The notes below the pieces were generated by a model. It was not told the origin of the DNA and did not search any database. It was given only the letters and a program-made list of their open reading frames with translations. Position numbers and translations under genes: made by a program. From positions 96,001 to 160,000 of the forward strand of contig CBDFIQ010000001.1 of the NCBI GenBank assembly GCA_965248195.1: DNA of 64,000 bases, given 5' to 3'. Source of the DNA: Longimicrobiales bacterium (GTDB lineage Bacteria > Gemmatimonadota > Gemmatimonadetes > Longimicrobiales > Gaopeijiaceae). Positions 36,787 to 47,775 of the stretch are shown in pieces; the stretch's first letter is position 1, and the number at the start of each line of letters is the position of its first letter.

Positions 36787-39555
36787 TTGAAGGCTGTCCC
36801 ATGGCTTCTTGCCTCGTGCGCGATCGCGGGGTCCGTGCTCTTCTGTGCCGCCCAAGTGGTGCTGGCCCAGGCGACCGAGCCGATCGCGGAAGCTACGGGT
36901 GCGTCGAGCGAGACCCCGGCGTCGTATTCTCACGACCCGATGGCCCCCCGGGCACAGGCCATTCGAACGGCCCAAGCGATTGTGGTCGATGGACTGTTGG
37001 ACGAGCTCGTATGGATGACCGCGCCGGCGATCACCGAGTTCCTCCAGACGATTCCCGACGAAGGTCAGTCGGTCAGCGAAGAGACAGAGGTCCGTCTTCT
37101 CTATGACGACGATTATATCTATGTCGGTGCCTGGCTGTGGGACCAAGGAGAGGTGCTCAATCGCATGGATAGGAGGGATTCGGCGGTGCCGGACGCTGAT
37201 TTCTTCGCGGTTGTGTTTGACAGCTACCATGATCACCGTACTGCCTATCGATTCGGTACGTGGCCATCAGGCGTCAAGAAAGATCAAATCATGACCGCGG
37301 GAGGAGGGCTGGGGGGGGACACCTCGTGGGACCCGGTTTGGGACCTCGAAACCACGATCACCGACGAGGGCTGGTTCGTGGAGATGAGGATTCCGTTCAG
37401 CCAGCTTCGATACCGGGCGAACGAAGTTCAGAATTGGGGATTTCAGGTCGAGCGCAAGATCAGGCGCAGGGGCGAAGACGCCGCCTGGGCGTTCACTCCC
37501 CGTAACCAGCCCCGCGGGGTAGCCCGCTATGGCCATCTGGACGGGGTCGAGGGGATTGGGCAAGGAAAGCGTCTGGAGCTTCTTCCTTACGTCACAGGTC
37601 GTGCAGAGTACTTGCGGGTTCCGCGTAGCGAGGCCGCGGGGTTCGACAACCCATTCCGGAGCGGATCGGACTTCTTCGGGAACGCGGGACTGGATCTGAA
37701 ATACCGGCTCGGAACGAACCTCACGCTGGACGCCACGGTCAACCCCGACTTCGGCCAAGTCGAGCTGGACCCGGCAGTGATCAACCTGACGGCGTTCGAG
37801 ACGCGGTTCGAGGAGAAGCGGCCCTTCTTCGTGGAGGGTGCCGAGATCTTCCGCTTCGGAGACCTTGGAGGCCGGCCAGGCGGATCGGAGGTGCAGTTAC
37901 TCTACTCCAGACGCATAGGAAGGACGCCGCAGGGGCTCCTGCCGGGCGGGGCAGCGTATATGGACGTTCCCGGTTCAACGACCATTCTTGGGGCGATGAA
38001 ACTTTCCGGAAAAACGGCGAGCGGCTGGTCGTTGGGATTTCTGGATGCGGTGACCGATCGGGTACGGGCCCCCTGGGTGGATGTGGATGGCGTGAGGGGG
38101 GAGACGGCAGTCGAGGCACGGGCGAACTACATGGCGGCGCGGCTGAGACGCGATATCCGTCAAGGGACGGGCTCGTTCGGGGTGGTGGCGACCGGTGTGA
38201 ATCGGGCTCTCGGCACCGAGGCACTGGAGGCACGGTTGCGGTCGTCGGCGTATTCGATCGGGGTGGACGGCCGGATCGAATGGAACAGCCAGAAATGGAT
38301 GCTCGCCGGGAAGTTATCGGGGAGCACAGTGAACGGGAGCGTCGATGCGATCGCACGTGCGCAAGAGAGTTCGGCACGCTACCTGGACCGGCCGGACGCT
38401 ACCCATCTCCGGTTCGACCCGGCGGCCACATCGCTCACCGGCTTCTACGGGAAGCTCGACTTGGTCAAGCAGGCGGGGAGTTGGCAGGGCAACCTCGGAG
38501 TGACGGGGATCAGTCCGGGCTACGAGGTAAACGACCTGGGGTTTCAGAGCTGGGCCGACCGGATCGAACTGAGGTCGAGTTTCGGGTACGAACAGCCCAC
38601 GGCTGGGCAGCATTTTCGGACGTTGAGCGTCAGCGCGGGCACGACCGGTAGGCTCAACTTCGGCGGTGAGGCGTTGGCGGCCGAGACCAGCCTCTCTCTC
38701 CGGGCACAGCACGTGAGCTTCAACCAATTCAATGCCCGCATCGCGCGTCAGTTCGGAGTCTGGAACGACAGGCTGACCCGCGGTGGCCCGCTGACCCGTC
38801 AGCCCGCCGGTTATTCTGGGAGCGTCGGGTTCAACACCGATCGGCGCAAGGTCTGGCAGCTTCAGGCCGGGTTTTCATTGGGGGAGGACGACGAAGGGGG
38901 ATGGACCCGAGGGGGGAATCTCACCCTGGGGGTCCGATTCTGGGAGAGCTACGAGCTCCAGGTCGGGCCGAATGTGAGCCGTACTCGAACCTCCGCTCAA
39001 TATGTCATGACCGTTTCGGATCCGGCTGCCACTCAAACTTTTGGCCGGCGTTACGTGTTCGCCCCTCTTGACCAAACCACCGTCGGTGTGGAGACGCGAC
39101 TCAACGTTACGTGCACTCCGGACCTTACGTTCGAGCTGTACGCACAACCGTTCGTTTCAAGTGGGAACTACTCCGGACTCATGGAGCTCGCCGCACCGCG
39201 AAGCTTCGATTTCCTTCGCTACGGACAGGACCTCGGCACGGTGACCCGCAGCAGTGACGGCGGGTTCACGGTCGATCCCGATGGCACCGGCTCCAGCATC
39301 TTTCAAGTGAGCGCCCTCGACTTCAACTTCCGGTCACTCCTCGGTAACGCCGTGCTCCGATGGGAGTGGCGCCCTGGGAGCACCCTGTTTCTCGTGTGGC
39401 AGCAGACTCGCTCGCAGCAGCTGGTACGCACGGGCGGGGGTGGGCTGGAGGACGACGTCGGCGAGTTCAGGCTTGGACGGGACACACGTGCCCTGTTCGG
39501 CCTGAAGCCCGACAACGTCTTCATGCTCAAGGTCACCTACTGGTTGAATCCCTGA
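36787..39555 (+). CDS. DUF5916 / CBM9-like outer-membrane protein
   Basis: EMRIPFSQLRY, DATVNPDFGQVE, EKRPFFVEG, LRWEWRPGSTLFLVW and a terminal YWLNP. Confidence 0.82.
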   Translation: MKAVPWLLASCAIAGSVLFCAAQVVLAQATEPIAEATGASSETPASYSHDPMAPRAQAIRTAQAIVVDGLLDELVWMTAPAITEFLQTIPDEGQSVSEETEVRLLYDDDYIYVGAWLWDQGEVLNRMDRRDSAVPDADFFAVVFDSYHDHRTAYRFGTWPSGVKKDQIMTAGGGLGGDTSWDPVWDLETTITDEGWFVEMRIPFSQLRYRANEVQNWGFQVERKIRRRGEDAAWAFTPRNQPRGVARYGHLDGVEGIGQGKRLELLPYVTGRAEYLRVPRSEAAGFDNPFRSGSDFFGNAGLDLKYRLGTNLTLDATVNPDFGQVELDPAVINLTAFETRFEEKRPFFVEGAEIFRFGDLGGRPGGSEVQLLYSRRIGRTPQGLLPGGAAYMDVPGSTTILGAMKLSGKTASGWSLGFLDAVTDRVRAPWVDVDGVRGETAVEARANYMAARLRRDIRQGTGSFGVVATGVNRALGTEALEARLRSSAYSIGVDGRIEWNSQKWMLAGKLSGSTVNGSVDAIARAQESSARYLDRPDATHLRFDPAATSLTGFYGKLDLVKQAGSWQGNLGVTGISPGYEVNDLGFQSWADRIELRSSFGYEQPTAGQHFRTLSVSAGTTGRLNFGGEALAAETSLSLRAQHVSFNQFNARIARQFGVWNDRLTRGGPLTRQPAGYSGSVGFNTDRRKVWQLQAGFSLGEDDEGGWTRGGNLTLGVRFWESYELQVGPNVSRTRTSAQYVMTVSDPAATQTFGRRYVFAPLDQTTVGVETRLNVTCTPDLTFELYAQPFVSSGNYSGLMELAAPRSFDFLRYGQDLGTVTRSSDGGFTVDPDGTGSSIFQVSALDFNFRSLLGNAVLRWEWRPGSTLFLVWQQTRSQQLVRTGGGGLEDDVGEFRLGRDTRALFGLKPDNVFMLKVTYWLNP

Positions 39556-39629
39556 GATTCGAGGCGTCGTGGCGTTACCCCCGTACTTCTCGCTTCTCCC
39601 CGAAGTCGTTGAAGCCGGGGCCCTGTGGC

Positions 39630-40775
39630 TCACATCGCGGACCTGGGCTGCATCCCCGTAAGGGTGAACTTCTGGACCCTCCGGTTCACGGGCTCGAGGG
39701 GTGTGACCTCTGTGACGTAGAGGTTGCCCCTCGAATCCACGTCCATGTGGTGAAGGGTGCCGAAGTCGCCCGGCGCCGATCCCCACCTCCCAAACGAATC
39801 CAGGATCTCCAGCGTTTCACGCTCGAGCACCATGACCCGCGCCTGACTGCGGTTGCCGACGTAGAGGAAGCGCTGCTCAGGGTCCGACGAAAACGCCGTG
39901 CTCGCGGCCGTCGTGCCATTGCCGCATTCCGGCGCCAGGCACTCGCGGCCAATGAACACCTGTGATACGTACTCCCCTTCGAGCGTGAAGACCTGCACGC
40001 GCTTGCCGCCACGGTCGGAGACGTAGACGAGCCCGTCGTCCGATACCTTGGCCGCGTGCACCGGCTGGGAGAAGTGCGGGGGGCCGGGCCCCTCCTGCTC
40101 CCGGGCCCAGGCCGGGTCCGCCTCGACGCCCTCGCTCACCTCGTCGCCGAACGCACCCCACATCCTCTTGAACTCCCCCGTGTCAGCGTCGTAGACGATG
40201 ATGCGCCGGTTGCCGTACCCGTCGGCGATGAAGAGCTCGTTCGTCGTGCGATGGACCCAGACGTCCGCCGGCCGGCCCAGGTTCTGCGTGTCCAGGTTGC
40301 CCTGGCTCTCACCGGGCCGACCGATCTGCATGACGAGCTCCCCGCCCATCGTGAACTTGAGCACCTGGTCCTCCGGACCGTTGCCCCCGACCCAGACATA
40401 GTCGTTGTGGTCCACGAAGATGCCGTGCTCCGACTGGGGCCAGTGGTACTCCGGGTTCGGTCCGCCCCACCCCTGCACGTAGTTGCCTTCAGGGTCGAAC
40501 TCGAGCACCGGCGGCGCGGCCATCGACATCTCGTCGGGCTCCAGCGTACCCGGCCGCTGCAGCACCCATACGTGGTCCCTGCTGTCGACGGCCACGCTGG
40601 CCACCTGGCCCAGGACCCACCCGTCCGGAATCGTCGGCCAGTCCCGGTCGACCTCGAACGTCGGCACCTCGCCACCCGGCGCCACAGTCGCGGTTTCGCC
40701 ACCGTCGCAGCCTAGGAAGATCACTGAGGTGACCGACACCAGAAGAAACATTCCTACCCACACCATCCGCTTCAT
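39630..40775 (-). CDS. NHL-repeat protein (PAL-like amidating lyase fold)
   Basis: VAVDSRDHVWVLQR, EHGIFVD, ADGYGNRR and VDSRGNLYVTE motifs. Confidence 0.8.
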   Translation of the reverse strand: MKRMVWVGMFLLVSVTSVIFLGCDGGETATVAPGGEVPTFEVDRDWPTIPDGWVLGQVASVAVDSRDHVWVLQRPGTLEPDEMSMAAPPVLEFDPEGNYVQGWGGPNPEYHWPQSEHGIFVDHNDYVWVGGNGPEDQVLKFTMGGELVMQIGRPGESQGNLDTQNLGRPADVWVHRTTNELFIADGYGNRRIIVYDADTGEFKRMWGAFGDEVSEGVEADPAWAREQEGPGPPHFSQPVHAAKVSDDGLVYVSDRGGKRVQVFTLEGEYVSQVFIGRECLAPECGNGTTAASTAFSSDPEQRFLYVGNRSQARVMVLERETLEILDSFGRWGSAPGDFGTLHHMDVDSRGNLYVTEVTPLEPVNRRVQKFTLTGMQPRSAM

Positions 40776-40952
40776 GACCGATCTCCCAGAAAAGAGGATC
40801 TCAGCGCAATGTAACCGCTAGGCGTCGTCGGTGAATGGCTCCGAGGCTGGCCCTGGCTCGAGTTGACAATAACTTCCGAGCTTCGGAGGTTGCTCAAACG
40901 GGTCAGTCGAAAGTTCGTATGCATCGTTCCCAGCTCTTCTCGAGGAGGAAGC

Positions 40953-43088
40953 ATGATAACGCGATCCCGGATCGCTTGTGGCGTCCTGGCTCTCACGGCC
41001 TTCCTGGGTGGCACCTCAGCAGGTTCCGCGCAGCTGACGGGCCTCGAGAACGGGGAGTGGCATTACTTGGGAGGCGACGCCGGGCACACCCGGTCCGCTC
41101 CGCAGCTGAACCAGATCAACGCGTCCAACTTCTCCGATCTTGAGGTAGCCTGGATCTGGCGGGGAGACAACTTCGGGCCGAGCGTCGAGTACACGGTCCG
41201 GTCCACGCCGGTCTTCGTGGACGGCGTGTTGTACACGGTGGTCGGCCAGCGGCGGCAGGTGGTGGCGATCGACGCCGCCAGTGGCGAGACGATCTGGGTG
41301 TTCCGGGAGCCCGAGACGATGAGGTATCTGCGCTCGCCGAGGACGGATTTCGGAAAGGGCGTCGCCTATGCGGAGGTGGACGGACGGGGCGTGATCTACG
41401 TCACGTCGCCCGCCTACTTCCTCTGGGCGCTGGACGCCAAGACGGGGCGGCCTCTGGAGGACTGGGGCGCGCCCGTACCGGTGGAGGATTTCTCCGGGAC
41501 CGGGGTCGTTGATCTGATACCGGACCTCGTGGCAGACTGGGGCCCGTGGCAGGAATTCATGGCCGACCGGGGCATCTACGACCCGGACCACGGGATCCCG
41601 AGGCAGTTGGGTATGGTCACCAGCTCGTCGCCGCCCATCGTGGTGAACGGCGTGGTCGTGGTGCTCGTCGGCCACGAGCCCAGCTACGACCAGACCCGGA
41701 TCGAGAACGTCCCGGGCGACATCATGGGCTACGATGCCAGAACCGGAGAGCACCTCTGGAAGTTCCACGTCATCCCGCGGCCCGGCGAGTTCGGCCACGA
41801 GACGTGGGAGAACGACGCCTGGCAGTGGTCGGGAGACATGTCGTCGTGGGCTCCCGCGTCCGCCGACCCCGAGCTGGGGCTCGTGTACATCGTGACGAAC
41901 GCCTCCACGGTCCAGTCGTACGCGGGCCATCGCCCCGGGCACAACCTGTTCGGCGGCAGCGTCATCGCGTTGGACGTCCAGACGGGCGAGCGGAGGTGGC
42001 ACTTCCAGATCCACCACAGTGACCAGTGGAACTACGACATTCCTACCGCGCCCATTCTGATGGATCTCACGGTGGACGGACTGGAGATTCCCGCGCTGAT
42101 CCAGAACACGAAGCAAGGCCTCGTCTTCGCGTTCAACCGGGAGACCGGCGAGCCGATTTGGCCGATCGAGGAGCGTCCGGTCATGCAGACTCAGGTCCCC
42201 GGCAACTACACAGCGCCCACGCAGCCCTATCCGACCCGGCCGGAGCCGTTGGACCGCATCGTAACGGATGGGCTCACAGAGGAGTTCGTCATCGACTACA
42301 CGCCGGACCTGAATGCGCAGGCGCAGATTATCCTGAGTCAGTTCCAGATCGGGGGCCTCTACGTGCCGCCGCTTCCCTACCCCCACGACAACGACTACCG
42401 CAATGTCGTCGGCTGCATGGGCGGGTTGAACATCTACCATCCGCCCATCGCGGATCCCTCCACGGGAATGATGTATGCGTCGCACAACCGGCAATGCAGC
42501 GCCCCCGGGTTCATGGTGCCCACGAACGGAGAGGACGAGGAGCGGGGGTTGCCCGGACTGAGTGAGGAGGCCTGGAGGGGGCGGGAGCGACATACGCCCA
42601 CCACGGGTACGACGGTGGCAAGGTACGCGCCGGGCGGTCCTCGCGTGCCACTGCCGCTCATTCAGGGCCTGCCGCTCTACAAACCTCTGTACCAGGCTCT
42701 CGCCGCCTACGACATGAACACGGGCGAAAAGCTCTGGGACATTCCGATCGGCGAGACTCCCGAGCGGATCAGGAACCACCCTCTTCTGGCGGGAGCGGAC
42801 ATTTCCACGGGAGGAACCGGCAACTCCATCCAGATGGTCGTGGGCGACCTCCTTGTGCAAACCACGGAGGACCTGCGGGGCAATACCGAAGTGAACGAGA
42901 ACGGCATGGCGGTCCTGAATGCCCGCAACAAGCGGACGGGTGAAATCCTGGCGCGCGTGGAGCTCCCGAGGCCCGGCCTGTACGGGATGATGAGCTTCAT
43001 GCACGAAGGAAAGCAGTACATCGTGGTGCAGTCGGGCAGCGCGAGACGCGGCCAGCCGGGCGCGCTGATGGCGCTGACGCTTCCCTAG
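40953..43088 (+). CDS. PQQ-binding quinoprotein (glucose/quinate dehydrogenase-like)
   Basis: YLGGDAGHTR, RRWHFQIHHSDQWNYD, PIWPIEERPV and GKQYIVV; GAGGAGG RBS. Confidence 0.85.
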   Translation: MITRSRIACGVLALTAFLGGTSAGSAQLTGLENGEWHYLGGDAGHTRSAPQLNQINASNFSDLEVAWIWRGDNFGPSVEYTVRSTPVFVDGVLYTVVGQRRQVVAIDAASGETIWVFREPETMRYLRSPRTDFGKGVAYAEVDGRGVIYVTSPAYFLWALDAKTGRPLEDWGAPVPVEDFSGTGVVDLIPDLVADWGPWQEFMADRGIYDPDHGIPRQLGMVTSSSPPIVVNGVVVVLVGHEPSYDQTRIENVPGDIMGYDARTGEHLWKFHVIPRPGEFGHETWENDAWQWSGDMSSWAPASADPELGLVYIVTNASTVQSYAGHRPGHNLFGGSVIALDVQTGERRWHFQIHHSDQWNYDIPTAPILMDLTVDGLEIPALIQNTKQGLVFAFNRETGEPIWPIEERPVMQTQVPGNYTAPTQPYPTRPEPLDRIVTDGLTEEFVIDYTPDLNAQAQIILSQFQIGGLYVPPLPYPHDNDYRNVVGCMGGLNIYHPPIADPSTGMMYASHNRQCSAPGFMVPTNGEDEERGLPGLSEEAWRGRERHTPTTGTTVARYAPGGPRVPLPLIQGLPLYKPLYQALAAYDMNTGEKLWDIPIGETPERIRNHPLLAGADISTGGTGNSIQMVVGDLLVQTTEDLRGNTEVNENGMAVLNARNKRTGEILARVELPRPGLYGMMSFMHEGKQYIVVQSGSARRGQPGALMALTLP

Positions 43089-43113
43089 CCTCCAACCGCC
43101 CTCCACACTCGAC

Positions 43114-43152
43114 GAGGCCGGGCCCGAGGGAACTCCCGGGCCCGGCCTCTTT
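43114..43152 (+). terminator. Intrinsic terminator-like hairpin
   Basis: GAGGCCGGGCCCG...CGGGCCCGGCCTC followed by TTT, after the stop codon. Confidence 0.7.
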
Positions 43153-43223
43153 CCCTAGTGGTGCTTTTTTCTTGAGTTACGGACGAACAAGAACCCACTC
43201 GGCAAGCTTAGGGTAAACACCAG

Positions 43224-43526
43224 ATGGAAGATGTACCGTCACAGGAAGAACAAGCGGTCCGCCTGATTGCCGACCAGAAAGCCGTGGAGCTGGGGTTCGA
43301 CCCGGAGACCACCGGGCCCGAGGTCCTCAGAGAGCTGCGGTCCCACGATCATGACTTCTTGGATGACGAGGGAATCGACGAGCGTGATTCTCTGTGGGCG
43401 GTCAACTACGCTCCCCCCTCTACCTTCTTCCTCGACGGCCAGGAATATGCCACGGCGGGCAGGGATCTGACGGTGTACGTCCATGTCCCCTCGCGGAGAG
43501 TAGTGGCCTATTGGTTGGGGGAATGA
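43224..43526 (+). CDS. Hypothetical protein
   Basis: 100-aa acidic ORF filling an intergenic gap. Confidence 0.5.
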   Translation: MEDVPSQEEQAVRLIADQKAVELGFDPETTGPEVLRELRSHDHDFLDDEGIDERDSLWAVNYAPPSTFFLDGQEYATAGRDLTVYVHVPSRRVVAYWLGE

Positions 43527-43595
43527 TGTCAAGGGGGATCACCGGCGTGGGCCGGTTGTCGGGGAGGCGGTGAAACGGTGAGGCGGTGAGACGGG

Positions 43596-44841
43596 TCAGG
43601 GCGTGAATAACTCGAGGGGAACGGCGCCGCCCATCTCGAAATAGCCGCGCGGATTGGGATGGATACCGTCGCAGTCGAACGGCGGGGCGATCCGGTCAGG
43701 GTCGGCGGGATCCCGCACTACGGCGTCGAAGTCGAGCACCCCGTCGAACGCTCCGCCGGCACGGATCCAGTCGTTGACCTCCCGGCGGATGCGGGTCTTT
43801 GCCGGAGTCCATACCCGAATTCGAGGCGGTGGGCGGGCGGTTGTGGCGTGGAATGATCGTGGTGCCGATGATGCTCATCCCCCGTGCCCTGACCCGCTCG
43901 GCGATATCCCGCATACCCGCGATGAGGCGCGCCGCCGAGCTCTCCCGGCGAATGTCGTTGGTGCCCATGAACAGGACGACGTGCGTGACGCCGGAGTGCG
44001 ACAGGACGTCCCGCTCGAGCCGCTCGAGCCCCGGCGGCGTGGTTGGCGGAGGCCGTAGCCCCTCATCGGAGATCGTGTTGCCGCCGATCCCCTCGTTCAC
44101 GACCGCGGGGTGCGCGTCAGGCGCTGCGAGATAGAGACGCGTGGCGAGCCAGTCCTCCCACCGGTCGTGGGCATCGAGCGTGGTGCAGCTACCGTCTGTG
44201 ATAGAATCGCCAAAGCCCACGACCGTGCCGGTGGCGGACCGGGAGCGGACGTCGATCGCTTTCAGCCAGAAGGTGGAGGTGGTCGTACCGGTGAAGGCCT
44301 CCGCCGACTCGTCGGCGGTCACGTTGCCGGAGCCGCTGTCGCTCAGATACGACGTCACGTTCGCCTGGCCATGCTGGCTCGGCCGCACGTCGGCCTCCGG
44401 AATGTACAGACTGACCGCCAGATCCTGGCGCGCGATGACGCGCATCGGGACCGGATCGCTCTCGACCGACCCTCCGGGCACGACGGTCACGCTCGGCGAA
44501 CCACCGAAGCGCACAGTCCGGTTGGACCCGGGTGTGAGCGCGGCACCGCGCATGACCGGGCCCACATAGGCCGCCCCGATGACGAGCGGGTCCGTGCCGA
44601 ACGTATTGTCGAGCCGCACGCGCACAGACTCGCCTCCCGCCGTCACGCGCACGATCATGCGCACCGTGGCGTTCGTGATCCGGGTGGTGCCGAGGCCCTG
44701 CTGCGATGTCGCCCACGCGGTCACCCAGCGGGTGCCCTCGGTCTCTTGTGCAGAGCCACCGGAGGGCGCTCCGAACCCGACCACGGCGGCGATCACCGCC
44801 AAGAACGCCACTATCCTGCTGACCCTCGTCGTTCTCATCAT
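43596..44841 (-). pseudogene. SGNH/GDSL hydrolase, frameshifted near 43813
   Basis: GFGDSITDG, NEGIGGN and GTNDI. The catalytic DGIHP lies in a shifted frame; removing one base restores WTPAKTRIRREVNDWIR. Confidence 0.78.
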
Positions 44842-44866
44842 CGCCGTACTCGTCCTGGTCGCCCTG

Positions 44867-44948
44867 ATTGCCTCGGTCGGCCCAATATTACCTCGGTCGG
44901 CCCGATATTGCCTCGGTGGGCCCGATATTGCCCTCGGTTCGCCCGATA
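44867..44948. repeat. Four tandem ~20-bp repeats ATTGCCTCGGTCGGCCCGAT
   Basis: Directly visible, with 1-3 differences per copy. Confidence 0.85.
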
Positions 44949-45117
44949 AGGATAACCAAACAAAATCCCCTTGACTGGTCGGGATAACGTGAGGGGCGGG
45001 ACCGAGCGTTGCAACCTTCCCGCCCTTCGCGCCGTCCGAGTAGGTATCCCCTCGTAAGCGACCCCGCCGCGGCGACGGGAAGGAGACCACGTGCGGGCGA
45101 CGCTGTGACGGTGAGGG

Positions 45118-47745
45118 GTGGTGCGGATAACGGGGTCTGTGACGGGTCGCGTGCTGATGGTTCTCCTTTTGGGGCTTCCGTACGGGGCAGCCTCCGCTCA
45201 ACAACCCCGTGTCGACGAGGCGCTGGCTCGAGATGTTCCGGCCGATGAGGCCGACACACCCGCCCCGCCAGCCCTGCTCACCATGGCCACCGCCACCCGT
45301 GCGTTAGACCCCCCGGTGATCGACGGCCAGAATACCGATGCGATCTGGCGAACCGCCCCCCAGTTTTCCGACTTCCGGCAGTTCGCGCCCCGCGTCGACG
45401 CGGATCCGTCATTCCGCACCGAGTTTCAGGTGGCCTTCGACCAGGATCGGCTCTACGTCTACGTAAGAGCATGGGACCCCCACCCCGACAGCATCATGCG
45501 TGCGCTGACACGTCGCGACGTGCGCGGACCCTCCGACCAGATCGGGGTCATCGTCGACTCCTACAACGACCGCCGGAGCGGGTTCGAATTCTATGTGAAC
45601 CCCGATGGGGTAAAACGGGACCTGGCGATCTACAACGATGTGCAAGAGGACCGCTCCTGGGATGGAGTATGGGACGTGAGGACGGTCGTCGATTCGGAGG
45701 GATGGACCGCCGAGTTCAGCATTCCACTGTCTCAACTGCAGTATGCGGACGCTCCCCGTCACACGTTCGGGTTCAGCATACGGCGCGACATCGAACGCTT
45801 CGCGGAGCGGGTGGCATGGCCGGAATATTCGCCCACACGACAGGGACTCGCCTCCCAGCTCGGACGACTCGAGGGCATCTCCGAGATCGGTTCGGCTCAG
45901 TCGGTCGAACTGACCCCCTATCTCCTGACGGAGAACGTCACGATGCCGTCCCCGAATGGCGGTTTCGGGCGGGAGCAAAGACTCGCGGTCGGGGGCGACC
46001 TCAAGTTCGGCATCACCCCGGGCGTGACGCTCGACGCGACTGTGAACCCGGACTTCGGACAGGTCGAAGCGGACCCAGCCGTCCTCAACCTGAGTGCGTT
46101 CGAGACATTTTTTCCCGAGCGGCGACCCTTCTTCGTGGAGGGCACGGGACTCTACCGATTCCGCCTCAACTGCTACATCGTCGTCGACTGCAGCACGAAT
46201 GAGGGCCTGTTTTACTCCCGTCGCATCGGTCGCGCCCCCGCGTTGCTAGGCGCGAATGGTGGCCCGGACACCCCGACCGCTACACCCATCGCCGGAGCGG
46301 CCAAGCTCACGGGACGGACACCGGGGGGGCTGTCGTTCGGTTTGCTGGACGCCGTCACTCGGCACGTAGGGGGTATCGACGACCGCACGGCCGAGCCGCG
46401 CACGAACTTCGCGGTCTTACGTGCCCAGCAGGACCTCCGGGGCGGAGAGGCCGACATCAGCGTGATCGGTACCGCGGTGAACCGTTCCCTCGACGCGTGG
46501 ACCCGCCCATGGATGCACGAGAGTGCTTACGCCACCGGCTTGAGCGCCCGCAATCGGTTCGGCGACGGGAATTACGAAGTGACCGGCTCGGTGACCGCCT
46601 CCCGTGTCGCGGGCGAACCCGAAATGATCACACGAACCCAGCTCAACTCGGTGCACTACTACCAACAGCCCGGAGACGACCTGGAGCTGGACTCCACACG
46701 TACGTCGCTCGCTGGCCATGCAGAACAGATCAAGATCGGGAAGTACGGCGGCGGGTACACCCGCTTCGAGAGTAGCCTGGTCCACCAGTCCGCCGGCTTC
46801 GACGTGAACGACCTAGGGTTTCTGCGTCGGGCGGACCGGCTGAATTGGAGCACCTGGGCGTCCCTGAACTTCCGGGATCAACGCTGGATCTATCGGTGGG
46901 CCCTGGTGAACGCCAATCACTGGCAGACGTGGACCACGTCCGGGCTCCAGACCGAGAACGACTGGAACTTCAATGGTCACATGGGCCTGAACAACAACTG
47001 GAACATCCACGTCGGAGGGACCTTCGGCGCGCTCGGACAAACCTTTTGCGATCGCTGCACCCGTGGCGGGCCCGCGCTGCGCCAATCCCGTGGCTTCTAC
47101 CCCTGGTTCGGCTTCAATGGGGACAACCGGCGGACCCTCATCCCGTCCGTGTGGGTGAACCTGCGGTACACCGACGAGGGCGCGACGCATAGCTCGTCGA
47201 TCAGTCCCAGCCTCTCGATCCGGCCCTCCTCCCAGCTTCAAATGTCATGGGGCTTCAACATCAGCCGGGGCCAAACGGACAGCCAGTGGTACGGCAACAT
47301 CGTCGACGGCGCGGGCGCTACCCACTACACCTTCGCCCACCTCGACCAACGCACCCTCTCGCTGACCGCGCGCATCAACTACACCGCGAGCCCTGATTTG
47401 ACCGTCGAGTTCTACGCGCAGCCATTCGTGAGCACCGGCACCTACTCGGATATACGGGAGGTGAGCGCCACGCCCGAGGCTGACTCGTACGAGAATCGCT
47501 TCCAGCCGTTCACGCCGCCGGTAGGCTCACAGAACGCGTTCAAGTCCAGGCAGTTTCGCACGAACACGGTCCTACGTTGGGAGTATCTGCCCGGCTCCAC
47601 CCTGTTCCTCGTGTGGGCCCACGGCCGCGAGGCCTACACGGGTGAAGAAAACCGGCGTTCCTGGGGGAATGAGTTCCTCGACATCTTCGACGTTCACGCC
47701 GACAACACATTCCTGATCAAGGTGGCGCACTGGTTCAACTGGTGA
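45118..47745 (+). CDS. DUF5916 / CBM9-like outer-membrane protein (second paralogue)
   Basis: DATVNPDFGQVEADP, ERRPFFVEG and LRWEYLPGSTLFLVW. Confidence 0.82.
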   Translation: MVRITGSVTGRVLMVLLLGLPYGAASAQQPRVDEALARDVPADEADTPAPPALLTMATATRALDPPVIDGQNTDAIWRTAPQFSDFRQFAPRVDADPSFRTEFQVAFDQDRLYVYVRAWDPHPDSIMRALTRRDVRGPSDQIGVIVDSYNDRRSGFEFYVNPDGVKRDLAIYNDVQEDRSWDGVWDVRTVVDSEGWTAEFSIPLSQLQYADAPRHTFGFSIRRDIERFAERVAWPEYSPTRQGLASQLGRLEGISEIGSAQSVELTPYLLTENVTMPSPNGGFGREQRLAVGGDLKFGITPGVTLDATVNPDFGQVEADPAVLNLSAFETFFPERRPFFVEGTGLYRFRLNCYIVVDCSTNEGLFYSRRIGRAPALLGANGGPDTPTATPIAGAAKLTGRTPGGLSFGLLDAVTRHVGGIDDRTAEPRTNFAVLRAQQDLRGGEADISVIGTAVNRSLDAWTRPWMHESAYATGLSARNRFGDGNYEVTGSVTASRVAGEPEMITRTQLNSVHYYQQPGDDLELDSTRTSLAGHAEQIKIGKYGGGYTRFESSLVHQSAGFDVNDLGFLRRADRLNWSTWASLNFRDQRWIYRWALVNANHWQTWTTSGLQTENDWNFNGHMGLNNNWNIHVGGTFGALGQTFCDRCTRGGPALRQSRGFYPWFGFNGDNRRTLIPSVWVNLRYTDEGATHSSSISPSLSIRPSSQLQMSWGFNISRGQTDSQWYGNIVDGAGATHYTFAHLDQRTLSLTARINYTASPDLTVEFYAQPFVSTGTYSDIREVSATPEADSYENRFQPFTPPVGSQNAFKSRQFRTNTVLRWEYLPGSTLFLVWAHGREAYTGEENRRSWGNEFLDIFDVHADNTFLIKVAHWFNW

Positions 47746-47775
47746 GCGGACGTTGCGGCAGCTTACGCTCGGCTG

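Noticed and set aside
43596..44841. Programmed frameshift in the SGNH hydrolase
   Set aside because: No slippery sequence is evident; a single-base indel (mutation or read error) is simpler.
44867..44948. CRISPR array
   Set aside because: The repeats are contiguous with no unique spacers, and no cas genes are in the window.
44971..44990. Sigma70 promoter TTGACT...TAACGT in the dispersed motif
   Set aside because: The spacing is 8 bp, not about 17.
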